From Trichoplax adhaerens (taxonomy: Eukaryota > Animalia > Placozoa): a stretch of DNA of 64,000 nucleotides. Shown one piece after another: positions 23,930-37,800 of this stretch. Below the pieces are notes generated by a model, which was given only the letters and a program-made list of their open reading frames with translations, searched no databases and was not told where the DNA came from. How positions within the stretch are numbered: the first letter of the stretch is position 1; each line of letters begins with the position of its first letter. The position numbers and the translations under genes were made by a program. The stretch covers positions 445,872-509,871 of the forward strand of contig NW_002060945.1 of NCBI RefSeq assembly GCF_000150275.1, given 5' to 3'.

Positions 23930-24960
23930 TGCAGTGAACTGTAGTGTACAGTACACTGCACAGCGTACTGTACACTACAGTAGGACGGAGTCATAAACTG
24001 TAGCTTGTGGGCTTTTGGTCGTGCGGTCTTTCTTCTGTGGGATTGTGTTGTAGACGCTTAGTCGGTATTCATTAAACAGCATGCTTGGTGATTGCTTACA
24101 CGGTAAGTTCCACCTTGACTGCCAGTGTCATGGCTACAGTACTATACTGTACAGTACCGTATTGTACAGCGCTCAATGTACTGTACACTGTACTGTATAC
24201 TCACTATACAGTACTGTACTGTACAGTAGTGTAGAATACTGTACAGTACAATATGGTACGGTACAACTCGCAGTTCAGGTACTGTACTGCAGATCACCCT
24301 ACCCAATCTTTGGGCGTCTGGGCTCACTGTCTCAGTATCACGGTTGACATTGGCCGACGCTCGTCCTTCGTAAGGGACAAAATCGCGTATGGAAACGCGC
24401 TTATATTCCCTCTTACGTTGATTATCAACAATGGATGACCAGAACCAAGTATCGCAAGGTTTCTTTTCTACTCGTACCTAAAATAGTGGATAGGACAATT
24501 TTACAAATTGTAGATGTACTGTATGTATTTTCATTAGTTTCCACTTTTCATCCATGAAATAAGCAGTAAGAGTAATCCCTGTCACTGGACAAAAACAAAA
24601 ACTTGTATATCATGTGACACGGACTACTTATACTGCACCGCATATGTTATATAAAGTATAGAAAGCCATCAAGGTCTAAAACAAACAAAACAAGCCTATG
24701 GCTGCCGACCTAGCAAGTCAATATTGTACTGTACTGCACGTTTCCCCCCGAAATACCCCCTGTGTACTATTAAAGCGTGTCAACGGCATTGCTCCCACTC
24801 ACTAGTTAGTACTGTAAAGAGTGACACAGAATCAGGGACAGACTGACCATAAAAAGCACTGTACAGTGTACAGTACTGTACCAGTGGAGCACGGTACTGT
24901 GCCGTAGTAAAGCTGTAGTCGTACAGTACTGAGTACTCGTCTAGTCTACGGTAGTAGTCC
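23930..24960. promoter_or_regulatory. Divergent promoter region of KIF5 and MMTAG2, with dense GTAC(A/T)GTAC / (TACAG)n clusters
   Basis: Lies between the head-to-head start codons at 22964 and 25133. Motif clusters occur at 23935-23985, 24135-24290, 24725-24740 and 24855-24960. Confidence 0.6.
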
Positions 24961-25132
24961 TTGATATTGCACTGGACTTGGCCCATCTGAAACATGAACC
25001 GAAAACGTCTTGCATGAGTAGGATCCCAATTCTTCAAAATTGCAACCATTATTGACATTCATACTAAACTCCTATTTAACCCTTGGTTCCAACATTGCTT
25101 CATGCCATTGAAGATCATACGTAATTAAAGTC

Positions 25133-28100
25133 ATGTTTATGCCATCAAGAGGTGGATCCCGTGGAGGCAAGGATCAATTCGATTGGGATGATGTTAAAGC
25201 AGATAAATATAGAGAGAATTATCTAGGTACGACTCACCGTCAACGATCACATCGACTGACAATTATATCAGCATGATTCAACACAACATCAATAACAAAT
25301 TAAGAATAATCACATTATAAATGAATGATACAATATGCATGAATCTCAATTTTCCATCCATATGAGTACACCAAATTTCAGATCATGCAGTTAAGGGCAG
25401 TTATAAATTCATAGCATAGCTCAATTGTGGTAGCTTACATTGTTCATTGTAATTCTACGCATAATATTTCAAATTCATGGTGGATTACTCTACAAAACAC
25501 ATCCATATTATAATAACACTAATAATAATAAAATGAATGAATTAAAGTAATAGTAATACACCTACCAGATTAAGCTTATACTTATCATGAGCAGTTACAA
25601 GACTATAAGTCGCAAGAAACGTAGTTGCTTTCATCACAGTTTTCATCTTACAGTATAGACCATATTGGACATGCAGAAGAGTAACATGATAACGTCCAAG
25701 ATAATTGAAACGCGATTGCTTTTCATATACTGTACTATACATCCTTACTAGGTATGAGCGTGTCAATCGTGTAATATCATTTAGTAAGAATTTTTCAATG
25801 ATCAACATGCAAGGATCAGTAGCACAAATTACAATGCCATGATTATTGGCCTTTGTAAAATTTTCCTTTCCGCGTTAACTCGGGTAGCTAATCATTTTTG
25901 TGTTTGTACGTAAATTGATAGGCCATTCCGTTATGGCACCTATTGGTCGATGGCAAAAGGGAAAAGACTTAACTTGGTGAGATTTGATTTGCTGTCCCAT
26001 TGAAGATCTTAGCATACTACTTTCAAGAATAAGTTCCATTAATTCAAGAATATTTTGCTTATTGAATACTTTAATTTGCTGATCTGGCATTTTGTGAACA
26101 TGCTTGGATAGATGCTTGTAGTAAACATTACTCATTACATTATGATATTCCACCTCAATGACCGTAGTTGCAGCCAATGATTTCATAAATAAATACTACA
26201 TATTACTATACTTATGATAAATACTCTATGTTATAAACCTAAAAGCAGGCACTATCTCCAATCGCCTAAAGCGAAAAAGCTAGTTCTATTTATGATTTCA
26301 CAATAATACTGTATATCAGGTTGAAACCTAATTAAAGATTAGAAATAAATTCGATACAATTTTCTCATATCAATTAATTCAATAACATTGATATTGAAAT
26401 ATATCGTTTACAGGTACAATAAAGATAAAAAACAAAAGGAAGCTGATCGTAAAGCTGTATGTTACAAATTGATTTCTGCTTTAAAATTTTGTACTATATT
26501 TTAGCAAGGATCTAGTTACAGTTATAGTGTCATGACCAGCTAATAATAGCTATGACCGATGCAAGCGACATTCCAATGAACGTCTTTTTACCTACTTGTA
26601 GGAAATGATGGCAGTGAAAGAGCAAGAATCGATGGCTCTCAACGTTATGTTGTACGATGATATATTATATTAAGTTAATCACTTGATTACGTCAAGATGC
26701 ATATATGTTATCTCTATAGCATCTCTAATAATGCATCCCAATCTTTTCGGAGGAACTGTTACATACTATTTAAACAAGACGTTAGTGATAATATAGTACA
26801 TTATAGAGGCCTCCTATAGTTTATATTACACACAATGCAGAGTTTTATGCATATTGCTATTCTTACTGCTGTGCAAACACCTCTCAGTATACAGCACTAT
26901 CGTGATAATATCGTACACACTACATTAGTGAAAGGCTCGATATACAAAATTTACAATTAATAAGATATCCTTATTCATATGGTATATACCACTTGGTCAA
27001 TCCGTGAAGGCTTATCGCAAATGTGATGCTTGTTTTAGATTATCTCTACTAAACCATCATCTATTTTAAAGTTAGATATGAATGGATTAGTTTCGAAATT
27101 GCATTTTAAAGCAACCCACTACTTCACTCGTAGATTTACATATACGTAGATACATATTTTACTTAAGCATAGGCACCGTAATCATGATAATTGTCTTGAA
27201 AAATTAAGATTGTAAAATGCTGTATTTATATGCATTAAAGGGGTAGAACTGATGCCAATTCCGCTCGTTCCAATAACTTAACAAAGACTGAAATATCTGA
27301 TTTGTTTAAGAGGGGCCAAACCGAACGAGATGATGGTGATATTGAACGCATGCAAGGAGTTGGCTTTTTAAGGTAGGTAATATGAGGAACTGTTCTATAA
27401 TCTCGCAAACGACTTGCGCGTACTGTACAACTGTACATTACGATGTAAGCATGGAATTCTAGGTTAAACCACAGATATTACGTCGAAATTTTGATTCGTC
27501 TTGAAGTGTCTTGTCTCACAAAATCCTTGATTTATTGTTCATTTACAGTGCTAGAGCTGCCTTAATGGCTCCAGATTCGGAAACTAATAAAGGTGTTGGA
27601 AAGTCGAATATGACTGTTTACGAGGTGAATTTCAAATGTAATCTTTACAAAGATATCACTTTAGCTTGTGATAGTGGACTTTTTGAAATAATATACAATT
27701 ATATCAATTTTTATGTAGAAAGTGGTAGAACCTGGTGATGCGGTCACGAAGGACGCGTATGTTTTAGGCGTTTAATATACACACTCACCTACAGTATATT
27801 GTATTTATTGCTTATTATAATAATTGAAATCACTGTAATTGAGTATCGCGCTTTATACAGCTGTAGTATAATGCAGTAGTTAGATTGTATACTGATAATA
27901 TAATCTACCCCAATATGCAGGGGGAAGAAAAAGAAAAAGAAGGAAAAAAAGGAAAAGAAGAAAAAGAAGAAAAAGCATTCTAGCCATAATCATAGTTCAG
28001 ATGATGATAATCGGAAAAACTCTGACCCTGACTCGCATCCCGGTGTACATAGTGTTAAAAATAGTGTGGGTGAAGGTAGGACTTTGAAAGTGAAAGATAG

Positions 28101-28509
28101 CATGAAGAGTACATATTTGAATGCTGATCTTATATTTAAATTGTACACAGAATTACTTAAAATACTTTCAAAATTTCTAAGAATTGTTCTTGACATTAAT
28201 TTAGGGCGAAGGAGGCATGATTCTTCATCTGATGAAGACGCAAATGATTTACGATACTCCGCTAAAGATAAGCGCAGTGATTATAGTTTTAATGACGATA
28301 GGAAATATTCTGAAAATCGATCTAGTAGGGGGCGGCCTATCGATAAGGTGCCTACTCGGCGTTATAAGCATTCTCCTGACGAAGTGGACAAAAGACGAGA
28401 TCGCACGTATCATCATCGTCATCATCGAGATCGAAGTCCCCATTCAGAAAGCAGTAGAGACCATGATAGATATAAGCCACGAAAAAAACCTCATAGTTCA
28501 AAATACTAG
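25133..28509 (+). CDS. C1orf35: Multiple myeloma tumor-associated protein 2 homolog (MMTAG2/C1orf35), ~315 aa
   Basis: Exons 25133-25226 ([31 protein letters not shown]), 25922-25976 ([19 protein letters not shown]), 26414-26456, 26602-26651, 27241-27372, 27549-27624, 27719-27756, 27921-28075 (poly-Lys), 28205-28509 (R/D/S/H-rich tail). The N-terminus matches the MMtag family signature, and all splice phases agree. Confidence 0.95.
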
Positions 28510-29839
28510 GTAAAGGAAAATTTTGCCTATGCAATAATAGCGAGATGTCGAACTAGTTTATAGCAACTGTAAATAATTATTTACTGCTTGAGAAGGCGAT
28601 ATTCTATCCAAATGATTTGGGAAATAGTGTCGACATTCAAATTGATTTGTCATTTTATGCACATGATGGTATCGCATTATTGTATTTCGTATAATTTATC
28701 TTATCAGAAATAAAATTTTTATCAATTTAAATGGCACTTTTTATTGTCTATTAGCCCAGTAAAGTCTTATACGCGTTATGTTATGCTAAGTAAGGTATCC
28801 TATGTACGATAGGCACCATGATAGGTGCTGTACGCATACTGTATGTTAGAGTTTCTAGCGAGTTTGATGTGGATCCTGATACTGGTGTATCAGTTTTACG
28901 CAGTATTTACTTAATGATCAATATCTACGATGGGCAGTGCTTTATCGCCTGATTATTTGTAGAGATTGTTTTTACGATAATGGTATATTGAAAGTCTAAT
29001 TTAGTGGTAATTGCTCGTACTAATAGATGATAGTCTATTAACTTGCTTAAATTGTCGATATGTCATTTATCTAAATACTCTAGTACTGGATTCATTTCCT
29101 CATCAGGTATTCTTTGACTATTAATACATTAATTTAACAAAATTATGCAAGCACTATAAATCTCGAGCATCCTTGATGAGCCTTACATCACCCGGTAACA
29201 TTACAAGTAGAAAGTGGCTTGCAAGCTGAGACAGATTTTTACTAATAGCATGCTGTGGCTCTAGCAATTTTTTTTGGGGGGGGGGAAACATAACAAAGCC
29301 AGGAGCTTTGCCAATAGATTTTTTTTCAAATTACAAGCTTGTCAGATTTTTTGGAGGGGGGTGGGATAAGATTATACGAGCATACTTAATACGCTGTCAG
29401 TGAGCCTGTTGGACATCGTGTAATGTATACTGTACTGTTAGCTTTAGAATAATATTATTTTATTTTATTCAATTGAAGCAAAGTATCACAGGCTGGAATC
29501 ATTACTGATGTATTGAGTACAATATAATGTTGGCTGTTACTAATTATGGAAAGTCTCATTCTCCCAACCAATATTTTCCATAGAATTGCTGACAAGAAAA
29601 TGCTGTAGTCACAATGTACCTCTTCTAGAAACTATGATTTAGCTGGGCTGAGCGTTATTTCCTTTACTTTGATTATAATCACTACTATTAATACTAGTCG
29701 AGCCCAGTACTAATGATACGATGAGCTAAGCGTACCTACTTACTAAGTAGAATCTCTACAATAACATTTGAATAGTTTACTTCGCCTTCATTAAACTCCG
29801 CAGTTCTTTGTCTGCTCTTACTAGCTGCCATGTTGATTT

Positions 29840-30288
29840 GGTCGTCCAGTACTGCCAGACATGAACTGCTCAGTCCATTCCAGTGTACAGTGCACAGTAC
29901 GATACTCAACGTACTGTACTGTACAGTACAGTACGTACAGTACAGTACAGTACAGTGCACTGCACCGTATTTTCCGGGTCAGTCTACTGTACTTACACTA
30001 CAATAGAGTCCAAGACTACTACAGTATACTGTACTATGTAGATCATAAAGGTACCGAACCGAACCGAACCGTTCTCAGGTCGTCCAGTACTGCCAGACAT
30101 GGACTGCTCACTGTGCTCAGTCCAGTCCAATGTACAGTGCACAGTACGGTACTCAGTGAACTGTAAGTTACAGTACACTGCACCGTATTTTCCGGGTCAG
30201 TCTACAGTACTTGCACTACAATGGAGTCCTAGACTACTGACTATATAGAGCATAAGGTACTGAACCGAACCGAACCGTTCTCAGGTCT
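29840..30288. repeat. Two-copy tandem repeat (~238 and ~210 bp) with (TACAG)n tracts and a (CCGAA)n module
   Basis: GGTCGTCCAGTACTGCCAGACATG...CACTGCACCGTATTTTCCGGGTCAGTCTAC...GAACCGAACCGAACCGTTCTCA starts at 29840 and again at 30078. Confidence 0.93.
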
Positions 30289-30299
30289 CACTACTGGAC

Positions 30300-30617
30300 T
30301 ACCGCTTGAGCAACGCGTTGATCGGGCAGCAACTCCCACTGGTGTGCTTGCAGCAGAAAATCAACTTCCATTTTGCAGTCTTTATCCTGTCAAAACGACT
30401 CAAGGAAGGCAATTGGAAGATAGTTGAATCCATTCAAGCAAATCCTTTAGCTTGTCGTAAGCGAGATTGGTTGTGCTTTCATCGTGTAGTCTATTGACAG
30501 TGTCAAGAGTAGTTTTATTGAGATTGGCGGCACCAAGCCATCGCCATATTGTTGATTGTTATTATTGCTACAGGCAAATCTACAGTGCAGCAAGACTCGG
30601 CAAAGACACGCAAAAAG
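30300..30617 (+). other. Probable non-coding first exon of MMADHC
   Basis: Relatively GC-rich segment directly after the promoter-like repeat, ending in an AAAG|GTAGGA donor. The MMADHC ATG needs an upstream exon. The boundaries are a guess. Confidence 0.35.
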
Positions 30618-33600
30618 GTAGGATCAATGTGCTGCAATGGACAGATTGAATTCATTAGCTCATGGTAAATGATTAGTAGCATGTTGGTCAATGAATGTGG
30701 ATTGTCGTTGATGACTACGATGGAAGTAATAGGGGGGTAGTCGACTAGATCAAAGTCGACACAGCCGCGCTGAGTTGTGCAATCCTGAACAGAACAAGTC
30801 GCTGCTGAGGCCTAAATCCATTGCATTGAATAACTGATCCTGCGATATCACAGTCAAATGGAATCATTCTAGGCAGATTTTCTTCAAATGAGACGATGAC
30901 TCAATCACAGTACTGTATTACTCTTAAAGTGCTTTGAAAGGGCTTTTGATGCCATCAAGGACTAGTTTATCGTGTACAATCGTCAACTTTAGCAAGCTCA
31001 TTGGTGAGAATAGTAGAATAGGAACGTCTTAACGCTTCAATTCAATCAAGACTAAATAGGGCTTCCTCTTGATGCTTGACCAACAATTTAGCCAGAATGT
31101 TGACGATATTATAGCTATTTGTGAATTACGTAGTACAGGACTGACTTGGTGAAGTAGAGTATGACAGGACTACAGAGGAAGGAAGAAAAGGACCTCACAG
31201 TAACCTGCTAAATTACACTGATGTTTATCCTTCAAGGATCTCAGTCATTCCTCTCCAAAGCAGCAGATGAAGAAACTGATTCCATTCCCTGTGTTGCGTA
31301 CTGGTTAACGAGGACTGACTAGTAGACATTTTTGCTTTCTACAATGTGAATGACTACAGCCCTATATCTACTAGTCGGTAAGGACTTTACAAAAATGACT
31401 AGACTGAATGGATGACCTAGGAGTAGAAACAACTTAAAAAGACAGATTGACGAGTAGCAAACTATCGAGGATCATCTATCCAATGGAATACAGATTGAGA
31501 TCGCAGATCGGAGGTGGTTATTACAATACTTTCAGCTACTTGAATCAATCAATCAATCACTTTTCACAGTCTATCCTTGTCGATAAAGTAAAATAGAGCC
31601 AATTCTCCAGTATCGCTCGTACTGTAGTGACTGATGATGGTCAAACGCTTAGCCAGGGTGACAAACTGAAGCTGTAGTAGAAATAGAAAATGGACAACAT
31701 AAGTGATATTGTATGACACAATCTTATTCGTTTTGAAATCATTTTTTGAGTCGTTATCGCAACCTTAAATTGAATCAGCGATGTTTCTTAATAATTGAAC
31801 TTACCTCAATGATGTTTCCATTTTTATATGAGTTCTATACGATGCTAGATATACTCGTCAACCTGCACTCTGCTAGCTTTGTAATATCTGATCAACTAGG
31901 ATTACTTTTTATCTTGGGTATTTAGAGTAATTTTTTGTAACTGCTCTAGAAACTAGAATGATTGATACAAATCGATTATCTAATTCGTCTTAAGAGTTTG
32001 TGCAGGCTATAGAATATCTTTAGATGATCCATTCACTTGAGAATGTTTACATTTTTTTTCTTCAATTATTAATTCAAACTTTCAAAGTAGTTCAGACATG
32101 GACTACTGAGTTGTATATAAAAGACGATGGAACATATCAAAATTGATCTACTAGCTACAACTAGCTTCATGGCTAGTTGATTCTTCATAATGGTAATGAA
32201 ATTTGAAGGTGGTTAGAGTCCGGTTAATTTGATTAGTCAAACCGAAGTGTAATTAAAACTTGACATGAATTGGTAATGAGCTATGCTAAACAGCAGGGGA
32301 CGAAAACCAAAATAATAATCACCAGTGCTCACGCTGCCTTCTTGACCATTAGGCTGTTGACTGCTTAACCAAATCGGGGATAGACAATCTACAGTAGGTA
32401 ATGTATAAACAAGGAGATTCATTTTGATCAACAGCCTCTTTTTACTCAATTTGTTTGTTAACGATTGATCAACTTGATAGCACATTGAGTATTAATAATT
32501 TATCAACCGTTGACAAGACAAAAGTACCAAAAGTGATGCACAATTAAGTATTGTCTTGGCAAATATTACACAGTGTATTTGCTAAATAACTTACTCATTA
32601 CTTTATATTTTTAGTCTGGTGTATAATTGTTTCCTTTCAGTCCAATTCTACTCTAGTTGGTTTGCTATTATTATATACGTAATTCCATATGGATTTTTTC
32701 GCCTTCAAGGAGGTACCCACTATTGGCAAATGTGGATCTCGCCCTATTGATTTAGTGCTTTTTTCCTTTCATAGAATTAATAGTTCCATCCTGTGTAGCC
32801 TGCACTGTCTTTTCCCTCTTAGTCAATTAAAATAATAATATAAGTGCAATTACGAGATGGACTAGTGCTATTTTTCTACCAACTGAGATTGAAATAGTTG
32901 TTGCATCTGTCTAGGAACTGGGGATACGATATTCAATGTTGAGTGATAAGATCCAATCTACAGTAGGACAAAAACCAATTAGTACTATTGTCAGGATTAG
33001 TTCACCTTTGTACCCTCCATCTTGAAACTTTTCTACCTTGGTATATACTGTATATATATATACGTCTACTCCTTTTATTTTAAATTGCTAGTGAGGATAC
33101 AAGTAAATAAATAAAAGATACGTACAGTCCTAGTACAAGTAGCAACGATATCATTACAGTAGTGCTATTTCTAACTCTTCTATCCTTTCTACTGGTTACC
33201 TTGATGTCCAATCCTTCTACATGTCAAGAATATCTTGAGGTACACTCAATGCCAAGTAGGATAAAGCTTTACACAATTTTTTGCGTCAGTTTGGATAACT
33301 ACATGTGTATATATAATGGTGGAATTTTTTTTATTTTACTGAAATTGTGCACAAAAGTAAACTATTCTCTAGATTGAAAACTTGGTTTAGTATTGTTTTT
33401 ATTACTAAAATAACCACACTGTCTTCATTTTATTGTGGTCACTTGGTGGTAGAACAGTCAATACATGTATTAAAATTGTTGTCTGTTATTAATCCTTCTT
33501 ATCATTCTATAACATTTTCAACTTTGACCATAGTATTACATCGACAAATGTCATCCAATATTCTATTCCATGTTATTTATCAATCATAGCAAGACTGTAG

Positions 33601-34675
33601 TTTATCGTAAGACTACACAAACTAGTCCTTGAAAATACCTTGGTTGTGCAGTATTTTTATTCTTTATGTTTTGTAAGAGAAGAATCGAAAGCTTATTGAT
33701 GCCCCTATTTTAATTGTTCGACATGACAAATACAGTAGTTACGTTAACGTCCGATAAGATCCTATAACCGATTGATAGGGTACTTCCATCTTACTGCAAT
33801 GATGTTCTACTTGTTATATTACGATGTTGTCATAACTTTCTTTTTGCATGCTCGATTTCCTGTTCCAGTACTATAGAGTAGAATAGAGTAAAAGTGAACA
33901 ACTATCGATACCAATGCATATTATTCTAAACGGTGTCATAGAACTGAATCATCTCAATGGATTATTTTATCAATTTTGAATTTTCAAAGATACCTTGTAC
34001 GACTGTCTATTAATTAAGGGATATCTCTTCTTTTCCTCATCATGATAATAATGAAGGACAATGTGTATACTATTTTCTACTAACTTGTAAGGCGGATAAT
34101 GCATGTGTTCATACTATTAATAATTATTTTGATTAACCAAGAGAGGTTAGATAGTATCGTTAGCAAGTATTTCAATCGCTGATGGACTTGAATTCAATAT
34201 GAGAGCTAGTGACGTTAGATGGATAGTCATCATCTATACGATGGGGATTATACAAACTCAAAAGATATTCAATCGTCTCGTTTTTGATGATATAGGAAAA
34301 AAGGATATCATCCTGTTATTCTTTCGTCCAAGAGTCTTGTTACCCTAAAGAGTCCCTGTTGTTAGGACGATTAACACATGTATATAGACATAAATACACG
34401 TTGTTGGCCGACAATACATGGGATACTTTTTCTGCATGATTGACTTTATCCAATACGGTTATTGTATTGCAATGGAATGATTATTGGGCTCAGCACAGTA
34501 CAACATCGAGTTTTTTCTTTTGCTTTACTACTTTTAAAGTAATACTCGTCGACATTGGCAATAAGAAATAAATTCATTTTACTTTGAGAATATCGTGATG
34601 ATGCAAAGCACATGTTGAAGATTGAAAAATCGTATCCAAATGTTTTTCAATTGAACCTTTTTGTTGCAATTGTAG

Positions 34676-36393
34676 ATGCTTAGGGCCGGCTCAAGGAGTG
34701 TAACTTATCTGCCTAACCTTCGCGCTGTTATAAATCGTGTAAGGCCGCTAACTGTTATCAATGGACCGACAAATTCTACCGGTAATCAATCCGCTTTCGC
34801 TCCTGCAGAAGAAGATTATTATAACGATTTCGGTAAGACCGATAGAGATAAACCACTTGGTATAATTGGTACGAAAATGTCATGATTTCCATCATATCTA
34901 AACTACTTCTTATTCTTTTAAAGTCTGTAGTCCATAATACTTATTTGTTTTTATTCATTTCACTCAAATAATGAAGTATTAAATACAAATTACAATTATT
35001 TATTATACCTCTATTCTTATAGGTAGGCGTCAATATTTGAGCGCTTACCCTATACTTTCTATCAACTTGGTAGCAGTAAATTTGATTGTTGACATTGATC
35101 TACGTTTTCATAGAATACCTTCCTCATTAGATAGATCCAATGGAAATATGTTCATTTTTAAAAATATGAATAACAATCTTTTGCTTGTATTGATTTTTTC
35201 TTGAATGGGTTTTATTTTACAAAGTTGGTGGCGATAGTAGCAGTTCTCTATCCAGTAGAAAGCTTGACATCAAAATGAGACAATTATTACTAAATGGATC
35301 AAAACACGAGTTTTTGCAAAACCCAATTGATGCTCAAGCTAAGCTACAAAAGGTATTGTATCTTTAAATTGTTGACATTTTTTAATACATTTGTTTATGG
35401 AGTTATTTTGACCAACTTGAAGTCTTTATTCTATCTCTAATTACGGTAGTTGTAAATTTTGAAAAAAATGGGCTATTTTTCCATTAGCTTATTTGTTATT
35501 TTTGGGTTGTATCGTTTCTAGATTATGAATAATGCTCCCAAGGACGAAGCAAAGCCTGTGAAAACTGTTTCGGTATATACCCAAACGACAAAATCACCTG
35601 AGGAGATAAAACAAGCTCCAGTAGGTAGTGTCGAATGTATCGTCCAGCAAGTACCTTCCTACTATCACCAAAGCTTTATGGAATTATTTCCCAGTATTCG
35701 TTGCGAAGTTGGCGATTTAAATGTTCTGACGTTATGTCAAAGAAGTAAATTGGATTCATCTGTATATTCAGAAGACATGGCATTAGAAAGAGAGCAATTA
35801 TTAAAGAATGTAAGTGATTGAAATTTGATCGTGATGCCAAGAGTTGTAGAATTATACTTTTGATTTTTTCACGTCTTATCTTCATTCATTGAAAATGCTA
35901 AATGCTTTATGATATTAATACAGCTTAGTTTGGCTAATGTTGAAGGAGTTTATTGCATAAGAATAATAAAAAAGTCGCCAATAAAATTGTTTGGATAACG
36001 TTCGAATTCTTCTTCTTTAGTTTATATCTGCTTCCATGGAAATTGTCAGCAAGTTAATATCTGCTGGATATTGGGCTAACTTTATCGATCCTGCTTCAGG
36101 GCGAGCAGTAAGGATGCTACTTCATTATTGCATAAGCAAAAGTTTTAATATTACCGGCTATAACGGAGATTCTTCAATTTTAGTTTTTAGGTACGTATTG
36201 CAATAATACATTTTATGAAACAGATGAACGTTATAGACATCTTGGCTTCAAAATTGAAGATTTGGGTTGTTGTAAAGCGATAATTCATCGTTTTTGGGGA
36301 ACTAACGTCTTTGTTGGTTCAATTTTTACCGATGCTCCTATTGATTCACCTCTCTTAAAAAATATTTTTACTGAGGATGTATCTAAAAATTAA
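34676..36393 (+). CDS. MMADHC: Cobalamin trafficking protein CblD (MMADHC), ~301 aa
   Basis: Exons 34676-34868 ([15 protein letters not shown], mitochondrial-targeting-like), 35225-35352, 35522-35809 (VECIVQ...FMELFP...EREQLL), 36021-36107 ([13 protein letters not shown]), 36184-36393 ([41 protein letters not shown]). The ATG sits directly after an acceptor AG, so an upstream exon must exist. Confidence 0.96.
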
Positions 36394-37599
36394 AATATCA
36401 ATACCGAAAAGAGCAATGATTTATTATTCTAACTACAGTCTAGCTTTCACTAACTTTGATGACTTTATTGCATTTATCGGATATTTGATGAATTTGGTTA
36501 CTTCTCGCATTAAGCGTTTGTAAAACTATTTTTAAGGAATTGTTTTTGAAGCTTTATCTACCACGACACTGTTCACTGTGTATGTCAATCGCATTAAATG
36601 ATTACAATTATGGGCATATATCTGAGTAAGTACATTAGTGGCGATATACTATGCATCGGTCGGAACAATTCCATCTATGCTTATTTCTTATCAAGTTTTC
36701 TACCATCTGGGGATTGATATAATTTTCTGGATAGCGGTAGAATGTGTCATGGACTAGTAAATCCTTCTTTACAATTTTGTAGTTTATGAGTGAGTGTCCA
36801 AAATGATTACAGAGAAATTACATGGAATCATTCCAAAAGAAAGGCTGTAGGCTTGAATGGAATTGATAATCAATGGTAATTCCCTATTTTTGAAACTTTC
36901 AAATGGGAAAACCTTGTATATTACTGAAGTAAGGATTGAATGTATACGGCACACCATATATAGTTATAGACTGCAGCAGTGAGCTGTCAAGTAGAAGAGT
37001 TAAACTTTAACAACCTAATTTGCAGCATTACCGTGTCTGGATAAATCATTGGCAAAATTATAACTTATGATCCTACTATTAATATCATCAATCTTTAGCT
37101 TAATGTTTACAGATTTCATTAATACCGGCATACTGCTTGTTGTTGTGTAATGGCCTAGAAGTTAATAGCATTTGTATTACGCTAAGTAAGAGCCTGTATG
37201 CAATAATTGAAAGTGGATAGACGCAAATTAAGAGTGTTTTGAATCCGCAGTAGATAGTGTACTAGAATGATCTAGCTACAGCATTTAGGATGCTGAAATT
37301 TGATAGAATCATGAATCTAATCCTACCTAGAAGTTTATAGCTGGAAGGTTACTTTTACTCATCCATATCTTGACTAGTCTTCATGACAGTGCGAATAGAA
37401 TAAATTGTATACTGTAGGGGCAACTATTCTAGAACACTCTTGGTTATCAACTGTACCCGCTCCAACGGATGCCACTGCTCGTCGATGATATACGCATAGG
37501 CATGGGCTATAACTAGACTTTTGAATTGATTTTAATTCTATTCTACTGTGGTGAAATTGCGAACAACCGCTATCAGAAGAAACTCGAAGAGAACACCCT

Positions 37600-37800
37600 T
37601 TATATGACGTAGTATGCAGTATATGCGTGGATTATTACAAGAAAATACTTGAGCAAGATACTGGCAAGAGAGAGGGCATTAAGCAGCCATTCGACTTGCT
37701 CATTGGAGTTAGTACAGCATAAAAAGACTTTCATCATTGATTTCTGTTCTACTCCATTATAATGAAATCGCGAATCAACTGCTGCCAGAAGTAGCTCGAA
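37600..37800 (+). pseudogene. Possible patatin-like phospholipase (PNPLA8-like) fragment
   Basis: MRGLL (37623), then in a shifted frame KKILEQDTGKREGIKQPFDLLIGVSTA*, resembles the DGGGxRG...TGK...FDxIxGVSTG region of patatins. The match is short and disrupted. Confidence 0.3.

Noticed and set aside
24081-24347. Tyr/Cys/Thr/Val-rich ORFs (also at 29861-30178 and 60832-61153)
   Set aside because: These are translations of (TACAG)n low-complexity DNA.
26965-26973. U12-type ATATCCTT donor-like sequence in MMTAG2 intron 4
   Set aside because: The flanking exons join in frame with GT-AG, and no matching exon or AC acceptor was found.
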